A stretch of DNA of 62,896 nucleotides from Bacteroidia bacterium (GTDB lineage: Bacteria; Bacteroidota; Bacteroidia; UKL13-3). Positions within the stretch are counted from its first letter, which is position 1. Each line of letters begins with the position of its first letter. Below the pieces are notes generated by a model. That model ran no database searches. It saw only the letters and a list, made by a program, of their open reading frames with translations, and had not been told where the DNA came from. The DNA lies in contig JAUCCO010000003.1 in assembly GCA_034676125.1 (NCBI GenBank), positions 1 through 62,896 on the forward strand. Reading direction: 5' to 3'. Below, piece after piece: positions 1-9,725 of this stretch. Both the position numbers and the translations under genes were made by a program.

Positions 1-2
1 TA

Positions 3-338
3 AGCATTACCTATCATGGAGAAGACACAAACATTGATGCTGATATTTTTGTACATATAGGCATGTTAATTAACGAATTGATAACAAACTCATGTAAGCA
101 TAACATAGTTAGCGGCACAAGTATAAATGTGAATATACAATTAAAAAAAACGGGGTTAAATAGCTTACAAATTACATATGCTGATAACTCTGGTGGGTAT
201 AACTTACAAAAATTTAAAAATCCAAATACGATGGGATTATTGATAATAAAAAACATAGTACAAAACCAATTAAAAGGTGAAATAAATGTTGAGAATACTT
301 TTGGAGGATGTACTTATACGATAATTTTTAACTATTAA
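3..338 (+). CDS. Sensor histidine kinase, HisKA_2/HWE-type HATPase C-terminus (5'-partial, runs off window start)
   Basis: Frame is open from position 3 (SITYHGEDTNIDADIFVHIGMLINELITNSCKH). N-box (INELITNS.KH), G1 (DNSGG) and G2 (MGLLII) are present, and a response regulator follows 6 bp downstream. Confidence 0.85.
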   Translation, partial: SITYHGEDTNIDADIFVHIGMLINELITNSCKHNIVSGTSINVNIQLKKTGLNSLQITYADNSGGYNLQKFKNPNTMGLLIIKNIVQNQLKGEINVENTFGGCTYTIIFNY

Positions 339-344
339 ACTATA

Positions 345-1379
345 ATGCAATCAAAAATATTAATAGTAGAAGACGAGGCCATAATTGCTTTAGATATAGA
401 GTTAAACTTAAAACAACTTGGTTATGAAGTATGCGGAATATGCAGCGATTACTCAAGTGCAATACAAAAAGTAAAATCAGAAAAACCCAACTTAGTAATA
501 TTAGATATTAACTTAAACAATTCGAAATCGGGGATTGAAATTGCCAATTATATTAGATTAAACCACAATATACCTTATATATTTTTAACAGCCTTTAATG
601 ATAACAAAACATTTAACGAAGCATTAAGCAGCAGCCCTTATGGGTATATTAATAAGCCATTTCAGCATGAGGATTTAAGAAATGTAGTTGCGATTGCCAT
701 TGAAAAATGGAACAACAACAATGATATTGATTTTGAAACAGTGCTAAATTTATTAGATAAAATGGATGAAGCTGCAATCATTATCAACCCAAAAGATGAA
801 GTGGTTGCATTAAACAAATCGTTTCAAAAACTTACGGGATACTTGGTAGACGACTTAAAAAAATCGTTACTAAAAGGTGTGTTTAATGCACATGCAAACA
901 CTTTAACTGGTGAATTAATATTAAGAAATAAGGATATTATTAAAACCCAGTTTGAAATGTACGAAATTAGTGAAACTTCTGAAAACAAGAGTTATAAACT
1001 ATATCAATTTAAGCAAAACAAAACAAAACAAAACTTTGATGGTGCTTTAGGTGAATTGATGAACCAAAACCAATACATATTTATTAAACACAATACCGAT
1101 TTACACAAAGTATTTTTTGATGAAATATTATGGATTGAGGCCATGGATAACTATGTTAAAATAGTAACAGAAAATAAAACTTACGTTGCAAGCTATTATA
1201 TATCAGAAATTGAAACAAAACTACCTTCCTCTATATTCATTAGGGTTCACCGATCTTATATTGTTTCGCTAAAAAAACTAGCAAAAATTATTGAAAACGG
1301 AGTAATTATTAACGAACAAACTATTCCTGTTAGTAGAAGCTACAAGCCTATATTACTATCAAAAATTAACACCATTTAA
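345..1379 (+). CDS. Response regulator with REC, PAS-like and LytTR domains
   Basis: REC: ILIVEDE, LDINL, FLTA, KPF. PAS-like middle: DEAAIIINPKDEVVALNKSFQKLTGY. LytTR C-terminus: ILWIEAMDNYVKI and FIRVHRSYIV. Confidence 0.9.
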   Translation: MQSKILIVEDEAIIALDIELNLKQLGYEVCGICSDYSSAIQKVKSEKPNLVILDINLNNSKSGIEIANYIRLNHNIPYIFLTAFNDNKTFNEALSSSPYGYINKPFQHEDLRNVVAIAIEKWNNNNDIDFETVLNLLDKMDEAAIIINPKDEVVALNKSFQKLTGYLVDDLKKSLLKGVFNAHANTLTGELILRNKDIIKTQFEMYEISETSENKSYKLYQFKQNKTKQNFDGALGELMNQNQYIFIKHNTDLHKVFFDEILWIEAMDNYVKIVTENKTYVASYYISEIETKLPSSIFIRVHRSYIVSLKKLAKIIENGVIINEQTIPVSRSYKPILLSKINTI

Positions 1380-1386
1380 CTATATT

Positions 1387-1415
1387 CATTCACCCCAATA
1401 TAGTTACCACTTACC
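1387..1415 (+). promoter_or_regulatory. Possible LytTR binding site (imperfect direct repeat, 21-bp period)
   Basis: CATTCACC at 1387 and CACTTACC at 1408 (6/8 identical), between the LytTR gene and the barrel operon. The match is short, so support is weak. Confidence 0.3.
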
Positions 1416-1485
1416 TTATAAAACCCCATTACTCAACACTAAAAAATTATTAGGCCAATGGTATGCATTTAATTCGAACTACCGA

Positions 1486-3174
1486 ATGCGTACCATGTAT
1501 TTTAAAATATCCATACTATTGATTTGTGTGAGCTTATTAAGCAGTTATACTTGCGCGCAAGACTTGGGTAATATCAATAAAAAAAACATATTTAAATTAA
1601 ATGGGTCGTTTAATATTGGGTATTGGCGCTACCAAGCTAATGGTATTGATAACAGAAGCAACCCGTTTGGTTGGTATGTTGTAGGCTCACCAAATGTATA
1701 TTTAGCGGGTATAAATTTTCCATTTACAGCTATAATTAGCGATCAAGACAGAAGCTTCTCCCAACCTTTTAATCAAGTAGGTGTTAGTCCATTTTATAAA
1801 TGGATAAAAGTACACGCAGGTTACCGAAATTTATTGTTCTCTGAATTTACACTTGGCGGAGCAACTTTTTTAGGAGGAGCAGTTGAACTTACACCAGGTA
1901 AATTAAGGTTTGGCAGCTTTTATGGCAGGCTAAGGCGCAGGGTTGATAATGATTCGCTAATGCCATTTGCTATTTTACCTAGTTACGAAAGATGGGCATA
2001 CGGTGGCAAATTAGGATATGGTAACAATAGTTCTTTTTTAGATTTCATATTCTTGAAATCGAAAGATGAGGTTAAATCTAACGACATTGAAACGTTTAAA
2101 ATTAAGCCTGAAGACAACATTGTATTAGGATTAAACACCGAATTAACTTTTTTTAAAACGGTATCATTGGGTACTAACTTAGCAGCTTCTGCTTTAACTG
2201 CAAATACTTTTTTAGATACCATAAGCTTAGATAGTTTTAGTGGATTTGAACAACTAAGTTTTATAAATGATTGGATAGTATTAAATGCAAGCACCAATGT
2301 AAAATTTGCAGGAAATTCTTTTATTCAAATTAAAGGAAAAAAAGCATCCTTAAAATTTACGTATAGGTATGTTGAGCCAGGATATATGTCGCATGGCGCT
2401 AATTATATACAAGATGATTTGAAACAATATTTAACTTCATCCACCATAAGTTTATTTAAACAAAAGCTGATTTTAAATGCAAGTGCGGGCTTGCAATACA
2501 ACAATTTAGACAACACAAAAATAACGACCTCCGAGCGGACCATTGGCTCGATAAATATGGCCATAATACCTACCAGTAGGTTAAACATAAATTTAAACTA
2601 TGCCAATTTTGGCACCTCAACCCAAGCAGGTACTTCTCAGGTAAATGATTCGATTTATTTAAGCTTAATAAATGAAAACGTAAGCGCAGGTATAAATTAT
2701 AGCATAATTAAAACTAAGCTTAACCACTTAATTAGTATCAATACTTTAATTACAACAACAAACGACCGTAATGAGTTTACCAGAAAATTTACACAAAGCG
2801 ATGTAAAGTTTGGTTCTATTAATTACAATTTGGGCATTAATAAAATTCAGTTAAATATTGGTTTAGGAATTTCTCAAACCTTATTAAATACTTATAATAC
2901 TTATATAACAATACCAGGCGTAAACACCAGTTTACGTAAGGCTTTATTTAAAAAATCGCTAAACCTTATTGTTAATTACAATTACCAAAAACGTACATTA
3001 AATACCAGTAAAGATGGTTCGGTTAGTACCCTAGCAGCAGATGTAAGGTACAACCTTAAAAAACGAAACACATTTACGGTTGGATACACATATACTGAAA
3101 ACTCTAGCTCGATAAAAACTTACAGAACTTATAACGAAAACAGATTAAGAATTCAATATGGCTACACATTTTAA
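1486..3174 (+). CDS. Predicted outer-membrane beta-barrel protein of unknown function
   Basis: Signal peptide ending TCA-Q, alternating amphipathic strands rich in G/N/Y/F, and a C-terminal beta-signal RIQYGYTF ending in an aromatic residue. Confidence 0.75.
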   Translation: MRTMYFKISILLICVSLLSSYTCAQDLGNINKKNIFKLNGSFNIGYWRYQANGIDNRSNPFGWYVVGSPNVYLAGINFPFTAIISDQDRSFSQPFNQVGVSPFYKWIKVHAGYRNLLFSEFTLGGATFLGGAVELTPGKLRFGSFYGRLRRRVDNDSLMPFAILPSYERWAYGGKLGYGNNSSFLDFIFLKSKDEVKSNDIETFKIKPEDNIVLGLNTELTFFKTVSLGTNLAASALTANTFLDTISLDSFSGFEQLSFINDWIVLNASTNVKFAGNSFIQIKGKKASLKFTYRYVEPGYMSHGANYIQDDLKQYLTSSTISLFKQKLILNASAGLQYNNLDNTKITTSERTIGSINMAIIPTSRLNINLNYANFGTSTQAGTSQVNDSIYLSLINENVSAGINYSIIKTKLNHLISINTLITTTNDRNEFTRKFTQSDVKFGSINYNLGINKIQLNIGLGISQTLLNTYNTYITIPGVNTSLRKALFKKSLNLIVNYNYQKRTLNTSKDGSVSTLAADVRYNLKKRNTFTVGYTYTENSSSIKTYRTYNENRLRIQYGYTF

Positions 3175-6100
3175 ACCAATCATTTTATTCATTTTGATAA
3201 TGAGTTTAATGCTAAAAAGCAATGCACAACCAATAAACATTGCAGTTACAATAGTTCCACCTGTTAGTAATGATATTGTGCAAATTTTAAACAACCCTAA
3301 TAAAGTAATGGTTTCAATAACCAATACATCAAATAAGGATTATAGCTTAAAGTTTCATTTAACCATTACTGGAGATAATGGCGTAAAGTTAGTAACAAAA
3401 GAAGACTATGTTCCTAGAAGGGTTTTTAAACTTGGAGCTTTAGAAAGTGTTATGGTTGGGCTTAATGAGTTTACTGATTATGCAATAGAATCTGACCTCA
3501 TTTACTCTGGTATAGACCCCGCACAAGTAATAAGAACGCGAAAAGTACCAGAAGGTAATTACTCATTTTGTATTGAGGCATTTGACTATAACACGCCAGG
3601 AAAAACAGCTCCGTTATCCAGTGGATATCCGAGTGGCTGTGCTTATAATTTAAACTTGGTATTGCTTGACCCACCACAAATTGTATCTGTTGGAAATGGT
3701 GATTGCGGAAACAAACTAACCCCACGTACACCACAGTTGGTTAACCTTATTTGGTTGCCACCTGCTGGTGTATCAAAATTTATTCAATACAAGGTAGAAG
3801 TAGTGGAAGTTTACCCAGCTAATAGAGAAGTAAATGATGCCATATTTAGTTATGGAGCGCCTTTATTTATTGATGAAACAGTTACATCAAACTTGTTTAT
3901 GATTTCTACTATTCAACAACAACTAAAACTTGGGGCTAAATACGCGTTTAGGGTAAAAGCCTTAGACCCAGATAGCCTTACTTCATTTAGAAACAATGGT
4001 TATAGCCAAGTATGTTGGTTTACATATGGCGATGAAGCGAATTATAGTAATGCAAATTTTTCGAGCCAAGTATTATTTCCAATTGAAGGAGATACAATAC
4101 CATTCATATCTCCCCCAATAATTTTAAAAACCACACCTGTAGATGTAAATTTAATATCGCTTAACAATACCATAAGTCAATTGCGTAATGGCATATCAAT
4201 AAACAATATTATAAAAAACTATACTTTTAGCCCTTCATTTACAGCTTATGCGCGCAGTAAAAACAATGGCATAAATGTTAGTAATAGCGATTTACAAAAA
4301 TGCATTTTACCAACAACTATTTCATTTGGCAACCAACTTGCACAAGTAAGAGGTGTGCAATACGACTTGCAAGTAAATAGCGAATACGAAATAAATAATA
4401 ACCCAATAAAACAAACCATTATTAGTACATCAAACTATACTTATGGAATGCCAACTCCACAATTAATAAGCCCCGAAAACAATGCAGTTTTAGATGAAGG
4501 AAACGTTAGTTTTAGGTTTAAAACCTGCGATAATTGTAGTAATCCATTTACCAACCAAGAGTTAAATAACTTAAGGCCAATAAAGGCTATATACGATTTT
4601 GAGAACTTAGTAAAAGTAAATGAAACTTTAGTTCTTGAAATTGCTAACAATGTAAATTTCAGTACCATTATAGCCAATAGAATAGTTCGGTTAAACTTTG
4701 AAACAGATGTAACCCAAATTGGTTCGGTATACGATTCGGTCTTTAAAACCTTTCAAATTAATGTGCCAAATTTAACTAGTGGTATTTATTATTGGCGAGT
4801 AAAATACTTAAACAATCCAGATACTTCTTTACATGATTTTAGCGCCTACAGAATAAGTGCGGCAAACAAAATAAACATTGGAAGATACAATAACGACAAC
4901 AATTCACCATGCGCTGCAAGTACATGTGAAGGTCAAGCAGTAGCTCAAAACCAAAGAATAGCACAATCAAATTTAGCTGTGGGAGCTAGTTTAAAATTTG
5001 GCGAATTTAACATGGTGGTAAGTAGTATTAGTGCATCAGCCAACAGTCAATTTTCTGGTGAAGGGATTATACTCATTAATCCATTTCCTAACGGTAATAA
5101 TGGAGCAAGTTTTTATCCAATTAAAGTTGCATTTACCAATATTCAATACAATAGTTTAAATCAAATTTATGCTGGTAGTGCAACAACAATAAACAACAAT
5201 ACCAATAATATTTGGAATGCTATAACTAATGTATCAAGCCCGCAAACCGCTAATACAAATACAATAAGCCAAATTTGTCATACTGCTCAAATAGCACTTT
5301 CATCAAACAATGCCAACAACCAAAATGGAGTAAATACGCCATTTATTATACCCATTTTAAAACATGCGTTCGAGTACAATTTTACAGTGCTAGGTATTTC
5401 CTTTACACCAACATCGGCCAAAATGAATTGCGCCTTAAATATGCAAGGAGTAAAAGAAAACAAACAATATACATTTATGGGTTCAGCACTTTGTTTAAAA
5501 GCTAATGGATGGGCAAAAGAAAGTGTAGAAATGAACTTGCTAAATGATGTTAGTTTTAACTTTTTTGATTCGGAAATACTAGTAGAAGGTTTTAAAAACG
5601 ACAGCGCAAACACACGTGCTGTATGGGATTGTAGCGGATTTAAACATGCACATATTGAAGGTAATATTAAGTTTTCGAGAAACATTATTAAACCAACAAA
5701 TTCGAGTAATCCAACCTATAAAGTTATAGGATATTATGCTACTAATATTATTTCATTTAATGATATAATGTATAGAATTGCAATTAACGAGCCTTATCAA
5801 TTTGGCATAACAGGAAAACAAATTGAAGTGAACTCGCCAGAAATTTACATTGATAGAAGTGGAACTACAAATCCCCCCAATTTAATTGCACCAGCACAAT
5901 ATAATGGTGCAATTACTAACCAATGGAATGGATTGTTTTTCCCTACATTAAACATCACGCTTAAACTATTTCCTGGTAAAAATATTCAGGCAACAAACTT
6001 CTTTTATGATGGAGAATTTACAGGCAGAGTAGCTATTACAAATGCAATTGCTGAAAGTACTTTTTTAAATTCAGTAAAATTATCAGTTGATAGTTTAGAT

Positions 6101-9100
6101 ATAAATATCGTTCAAGATAATTTTTTAAATTATCACTTAACTGGACTATTAGATCCCGGATTTGACGAAACACTTAGGCTAAATTACACAATGGATGTGG
6201 ATGTGCCAGATAGCACAGGCGAAGCATCAGTGCATGGAAGAGTAATGATGAACGAGGTATTGCCCTTAAAGTTTCTGAAGGCAAATTTTAATGTAGCGCG
6301 CACCAGTAGTTTTACTTTTGATGTAACAAACGATGATTATAGCATGTTGCTATTGCTTAATGGAAGTTTATCTATTGCAGCCGATTTAGATAATATTGGC
6401 CAAATAGATTTACCACAATTAACTGTACAAGGAATGAAGTTTCATTATTCATCAGACCCTAACCACAAATTCTTTACAGGAGGCACTTATTCGTTTGCTA
6501 GTCCGCAAAAAACTATTGGAGGTTACCCCATAAACATTAGTGCAATTGAGGAATTTAGCTTACCACAAAACCGTAACTTTGGTATAAATATAGTTTATGG
6601 TTTATCGTTAGGTTCACAAGCCGATGCATTTAGCGTAACAGGTAATTTGGCATTAAAAGCTAAAACCGAAATAACAAATAACAATATTAAATTTTCGTTT
6701 GTTGGCTCGTCTTTCGATTCATTAAATATATCAGGAAAAATTAGTGTGGTTGATGTATTGGGTAAAATATACTTTTATAAAAACAATCCAACCTATGGCA
6801 ATGGTTTAAAGGGCAGCGTAGAAGCTGATTTTGAACCTGGTGTTAAAATTGTTGCTCAAGCATATTTTGGACAATTTAGAAACAACCAAAATGTAAATAA
6901 TTATTGGGGAATTTATGGTGGAGCCAAATTTAATGAAGCCATTCCAGTATTAGGCGTAATGGAATGTAATGCATTTGCAGGAGGTGTTTATTACAACATG
7001 AAATTGAATGAAAACAATACTAATGTAAATATAAGAAGGGTACTAGCGCCAAATTTAAACAACATTACGGTTTCACTAATTCCACAAGCTAATACAACAG
7101 GATTTTCTGCTAAAATATGGTTACAAAGCACAGGTGGAGGAGATTCATATAAATCACTTTCAACTATCGGTGCTGTGTTTAACACCAATTCATGGTCGCT
7201 AAGGGAACTGTATTTAAGAGGCAATATGTGGTTAATGCCAGAGGATAACAAGGATGTGCCCGTTTGGGCTGATATGAATGTAAATTTAGATTGGACCAAC
7301 CATTCACTTAGTGGCAATTTTAATGCTTACATACAAAGTACAGGCATACAAGGCATCGGGAATAATTACCGAGCTGGATATATTGATTTATTTATTTCTG
7401 CAAATCAATGGCATATAAGAGTGGGTACACCTGACAATAGAATAGGTGTAACTGTTCCCGACCTAGGTGCAGAATTAAATGCATATTTATGCATAGGATC
7501 AATAGTTCCGGGTGTGCCACAACTACCAGATAGAATTAAAAACGTTTTACAAAACACACAAATTGGAAACTTTAGGGATGCAAACGTGGCGAGTGGAAAA
7601 GGGTTTGCATTTGGAGCATTTTTTAATTTTAATCCACCACCAAAAACCTTTTTAATATTACGAGGTGATTTAGATTTAATGCTAGGATTTGATATTTCAT
7701 TGATTAAATATGATGGCCCAGTTTCGTGTGATGGAGTAACCAATAGAAGTAGTTTAGGCTTTAACAACTGGTATGCACAGGGCCAAATATATGCTTATGT
7801 TTATGCAAGTTTAAGTATACATATTGATGTTTGGTTTGCTGAAGGAAACTTTAATATTTTTAGAGGCGAAGCTGGTGTAGCAATGGCTGGAGGCTTACCA
7901 AATCCAACTTGGGCTACTGGTGCAATGGCAGGTAAATATAGGTTATTTGGAGGGTCTATAAAGGGTAGATTTACATACGAATTTACTTTAGGCGATGTAT
8001 GTAGGCCAACACAAACAGTTGAAAACCCTGTGGCCGAATTAAAAATAATTGAGTCTGTTAACTTGGCTAATAACAGCAGAAACATTTCACCATTTGCAAC
8101 ATTTAGTGCTGCATTAAATTTTAAACCAAACCAAGCTTTTTCAATTGAATTAACTGATAATAACGGAGTAGATTATATTAGAACATTTAGAGCCAAAGTT
8201 AATCCTAGAATTCAAAATGGAAACTTAATTACTGCCATTACTAGCCAAGTAAATACACAAGCCGAAGGAGAAGATGAATATTATGTTATGGATGTAAACC
8301 ATGCTACCGCATTAAATGGAAACACTAATTATGTATTAACTTTTAACAGCCATTTTGAAGAAAAGAAAAATAATACATGGGCCGTAGCCCAGAAAAATAA
8401 TGGAGAAGAAGTACGAGAGGTAAGAACAATAAACTTCACCACAGGAGGTTTTCCTGATAAATTAACACAAGATATGATTGAAATGCAAATACCAACACCT
8501 CTTGAAAATTATTTTAAAGTAGTAGACAAGACTAACTCAAGTACTAGTTTACCCAAAATTTTTAGCCTGAGATTTATTCAGAATATAAGACATATTTATT
8601 TTTACGACTCGGCTAGCCATGTGTTGCCTGATATTATTAATGGCGGAACATATAACGGCAAAGTGGCTGTTAATTACATTTTACGGATAATTAATTACAC
8701 CAATAATAGCAGCAACGACTATCCTTTAACTGTTTTATCAAACCAAATAATTTGTAACTTAAATTTGCAAAATATGTTGAGTAATAACTCTATTTACAAG
8801 GCACAGATAATTCGCAAAAAAATTCTGCCAATAGATGTTATAAATCAAAGATTAAACGCAAATGCTAACATTAGTAAAAGGGTAGATAATTTAATTACTC
8901 GTAATAACTACACCATACAAAAACGTAATATTACCTTTAATTACAATGGGGGCAACTTGATAGACAACATTGCTGATGAAGAATTTACGCTATACGAGCT
9001 ATCCTTTAAAACAAGTAAATTTAATAGCATTTACGACAAAATAAATCAATTACAGCTTACAAGTAATAGCCGAGATAATGATTATAGGGTATTGAAAATT

Positions 9101-9721
9101 CGATTTACCTCTCAAGAAAGATTTAGCAATTACGAATTAAACAACGAAATTAAAGTAATAGATTTATACGAAAGAGAAAAGCAATACTTTAGCAAAAGTG
9201 ATAAGCAATATGAAGTTTATAATATCCTTAAACAAAAAGCAAACGGAACAAGATATTCTAGTTTACTAACCAGTCCTGAACCGTTTTTAATAACCAATAG
9301 TTATTATACACAACCAAATATTGAACAATATGTTGCGATTGAATCTAATGTTGACTTTAACAATGGCACAAGTTTAAAAAACCAACTACCAGAACCAACC
9401 AATAACAATATAGTTTTTATTGCTCACCACGAGCAGAGGGTAAGCACCGACAGGCCCAAAATACAAAGTTATTGTGCGCAATATATTTTACTATTAGCCA
9501 ATACCATCCAAAGTTCAAACTTATACAACCAAGTAAACTTATCTGCCAGCGAAAGAAGCAGTGTACAAAGTATAATTAGAACATCTTGGACAAAAAGAAT
9601 GGGATTAGATTTTGACGGAACCTACGTGCCTGATCCCAACCGATATATTCTTAGGTTTATTTTACAGCGCCCAAATGGAAGTTTAGGCTCTATTAAAAAT
9701 TTCTTTTATCAATTAAACTAA
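3158..9721 (+). CDS. Giant exported protein (2187 aa): TANFOR-like N-terminal domain, Fn3-like domains and a long beta-rich core
   Basis: Signal peptide ending SNA-Q. The N-terminus (QPINIAVTIVPP...VPEGNYSFCIEAFDY) resembles the Bacteroidota TANFOR domain as I recall it. Fn3-like segments include LIWLPP...YAFRVKA and PQLISP...YYWRVK. No YPNP-type T9SS CTD. The start overlaps the barrel gene stop by 17 bp. Confidence 0.7.
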   Translation: MATHFKPIILFILIMSLMLKSNAQPINIAVTIVPPVSNDIVQILNNPNKVMVSITNTSNKDYSLKFHLTITGDNGVKLVTKEDYVPRRVFKLGALESVMVGLNEFTDYAIESDLIYSGIDPAQVIRTRKVPEGNYSFCIEAFDYNTPGKTAPLSSGYPSGCAYNLNLVLLDPPQIVSVGNGDCGNKLTPRTPQLVNLIWLPPAGVSKFIQYKVEVVEVYPANREVNDAIFSYGAPLFIDETVTSNLFMISTIQQQLKLGAKYAFRVKALDPDSLTSFRNNGYSQVCWFTYGDEANYSNANFSSQVLFPIEGDTIPFISPPIILKTTPVDVNLISLNNTISQLRNGISINNIIKNYTFSPSFTAYARSKNNGINVSNSDLQKCILPTTISFGNQLAQVRGVQYDLQVNSEYEINNNPIKQTIISTSNYTYGMPTPQLISPENNAVLDEGNVSFRFKTCDNCSNPFTNQELNNLRPIKAIYDFENLVKVNETLVLEIANNVNFSTIIANRIVRLNFETDVTQIGSVYDSVFKTFQINVPNLTSGIYYWRVKYLNNPDTSLHDFSAYRISAANKINIGRYNNDNNSPCAASTCEGQAVAQNQRIAQSNLAVGASLKFGEFNMVVSSISASANSQFSGEGIILINPFPNGNNGASFYPIKVAFTNIQYNSLNQIYAGSATTINNNTNNIWNAITNVSSPQTANTNTISQICHTAQIALSSNNANNQNGVNTPFIIPILKHAFEYNFTVLGISFTPTSAKMNCALNMQGVKENKQYTFMGSALCLKANGWAKESVEMNLLNDVSFNFFDSEILVEGFKNDSANTRAVWDCSGFKHAHIEGNIKFSRNIIKPTNSSNPTYKVIGYYATNIISFNDIMYRIAINEPYQFGITGKQIEVNSPEIYIDRSGTTNPPNLIAPAQYNGAITNQWNGLFFPTLNITLKLFPGKNIQATNFFYDGEFTGRVAITNAIAESTFLNSVKLSVDSLDINIVQDNFLNYHLTGLLDPGFDETLRLNYTMDVDVPDSTGEASVHGRVMMNEVLPLKFLKANFNVARTSSFTFDVTNDDYSMLLLLNGSLSIAADLDNIGQIDLPQLTVQGMKFHYSSDPNHKFFTGGTYSFASPQKTIGGYPINISAIEEFSLPQNRNFGINIVYGLSLGSQADAFSVTGNLALKAKTEITNNNIKFSFVGSSFDSLNISGKISVVDVLGKIYFYKNNPTYGNGLKGSVEADFEPGVKIVAQAYFGQFRNNQNVNNYWGIYGGAKFNEAIPVLGVMECNAFAGGVYYNMKLNENNTNVNIRRVLAPNLNNITVSLIPQANTTGFSAKIWLQSTGGGDSYKSLSTIGAVFNTNSWSLRELYLRGNMWLMPEDNKDVPVWADMNVNLDWTNHSLSGNFNAYIQSTGIQGIGNNYRAGYIDLFISANQWHIRVGTPDNRIGVTVPDLGAELNAYLCIGSIVPGVPQLPDRIKNVLQNTQIGNFRDANVASGKGFAFGAFFNFNPPPKTFLILRGDLDLMLGFDISLIKYDGPVSCDGVTNRSSLGFNNWYAQGQIYAYVYASLSIHIDVWFAEGNFNIFRGEAGVAMAGGLPNPTWATGAMAGKYRLFGGSIKGRFTYEFTLGDVCRPTQTVENPVAELKIIESVNLANNSRNISPFATFSAALNFKPNQAFSIELTDNNGVDYIRTFRAKVNPRIQNGNLITAITSQVNTQAEGEDEYYVMDVNHATALNGNTNYVLTFNSHFEEKKNNTWAVAQKNNGEEVREVRTINFTTGGFPDKLTQDMIEMQIPTPLENYFKVVDKTNSSTSLPKIFSLRFIQNIRHIYFYDSASHVLPDIINGGTYNGKVAVNYILRIINYTNNSSNDYPLTVLSNQIICNLNLQNMLSNNSIYKAQIIRKKILPIDVINQRLNANANISKRVDNLITRNNYTIQKRNITFNYNGGNLIDNIADEEFTLYELSFKTSKFNSIYDKINQLQLTSNSRDNDYRVLKIRFTSQERFSNYELNNEIKVIDLYEREKQYFSKSDKQYEVYNILKQKANGTRYSSLLTSPEPFLITNSYYTQPNIEQYVAIESNVDFNNGTSLKNQLPEPTNNNIVFIAHHEQRVSTDRPKIQSYCAQYILLLANTIQSSNLYNQVNLSASERSSVQSIIRTSWTKRMGLDFDGTYVPDPNRYILRFILQRPNGSLGSIKNFFYQLN

Positions 9722-9725
9722 AGTT

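Noticed and set aside
9600-9721. T9SS CTD at the end of the giant protein
   Set aside because: No YPNP or GxY-type pattern as in the two clear CTDs in this window; a very divergent CTD cannot be excluded without an HMM.
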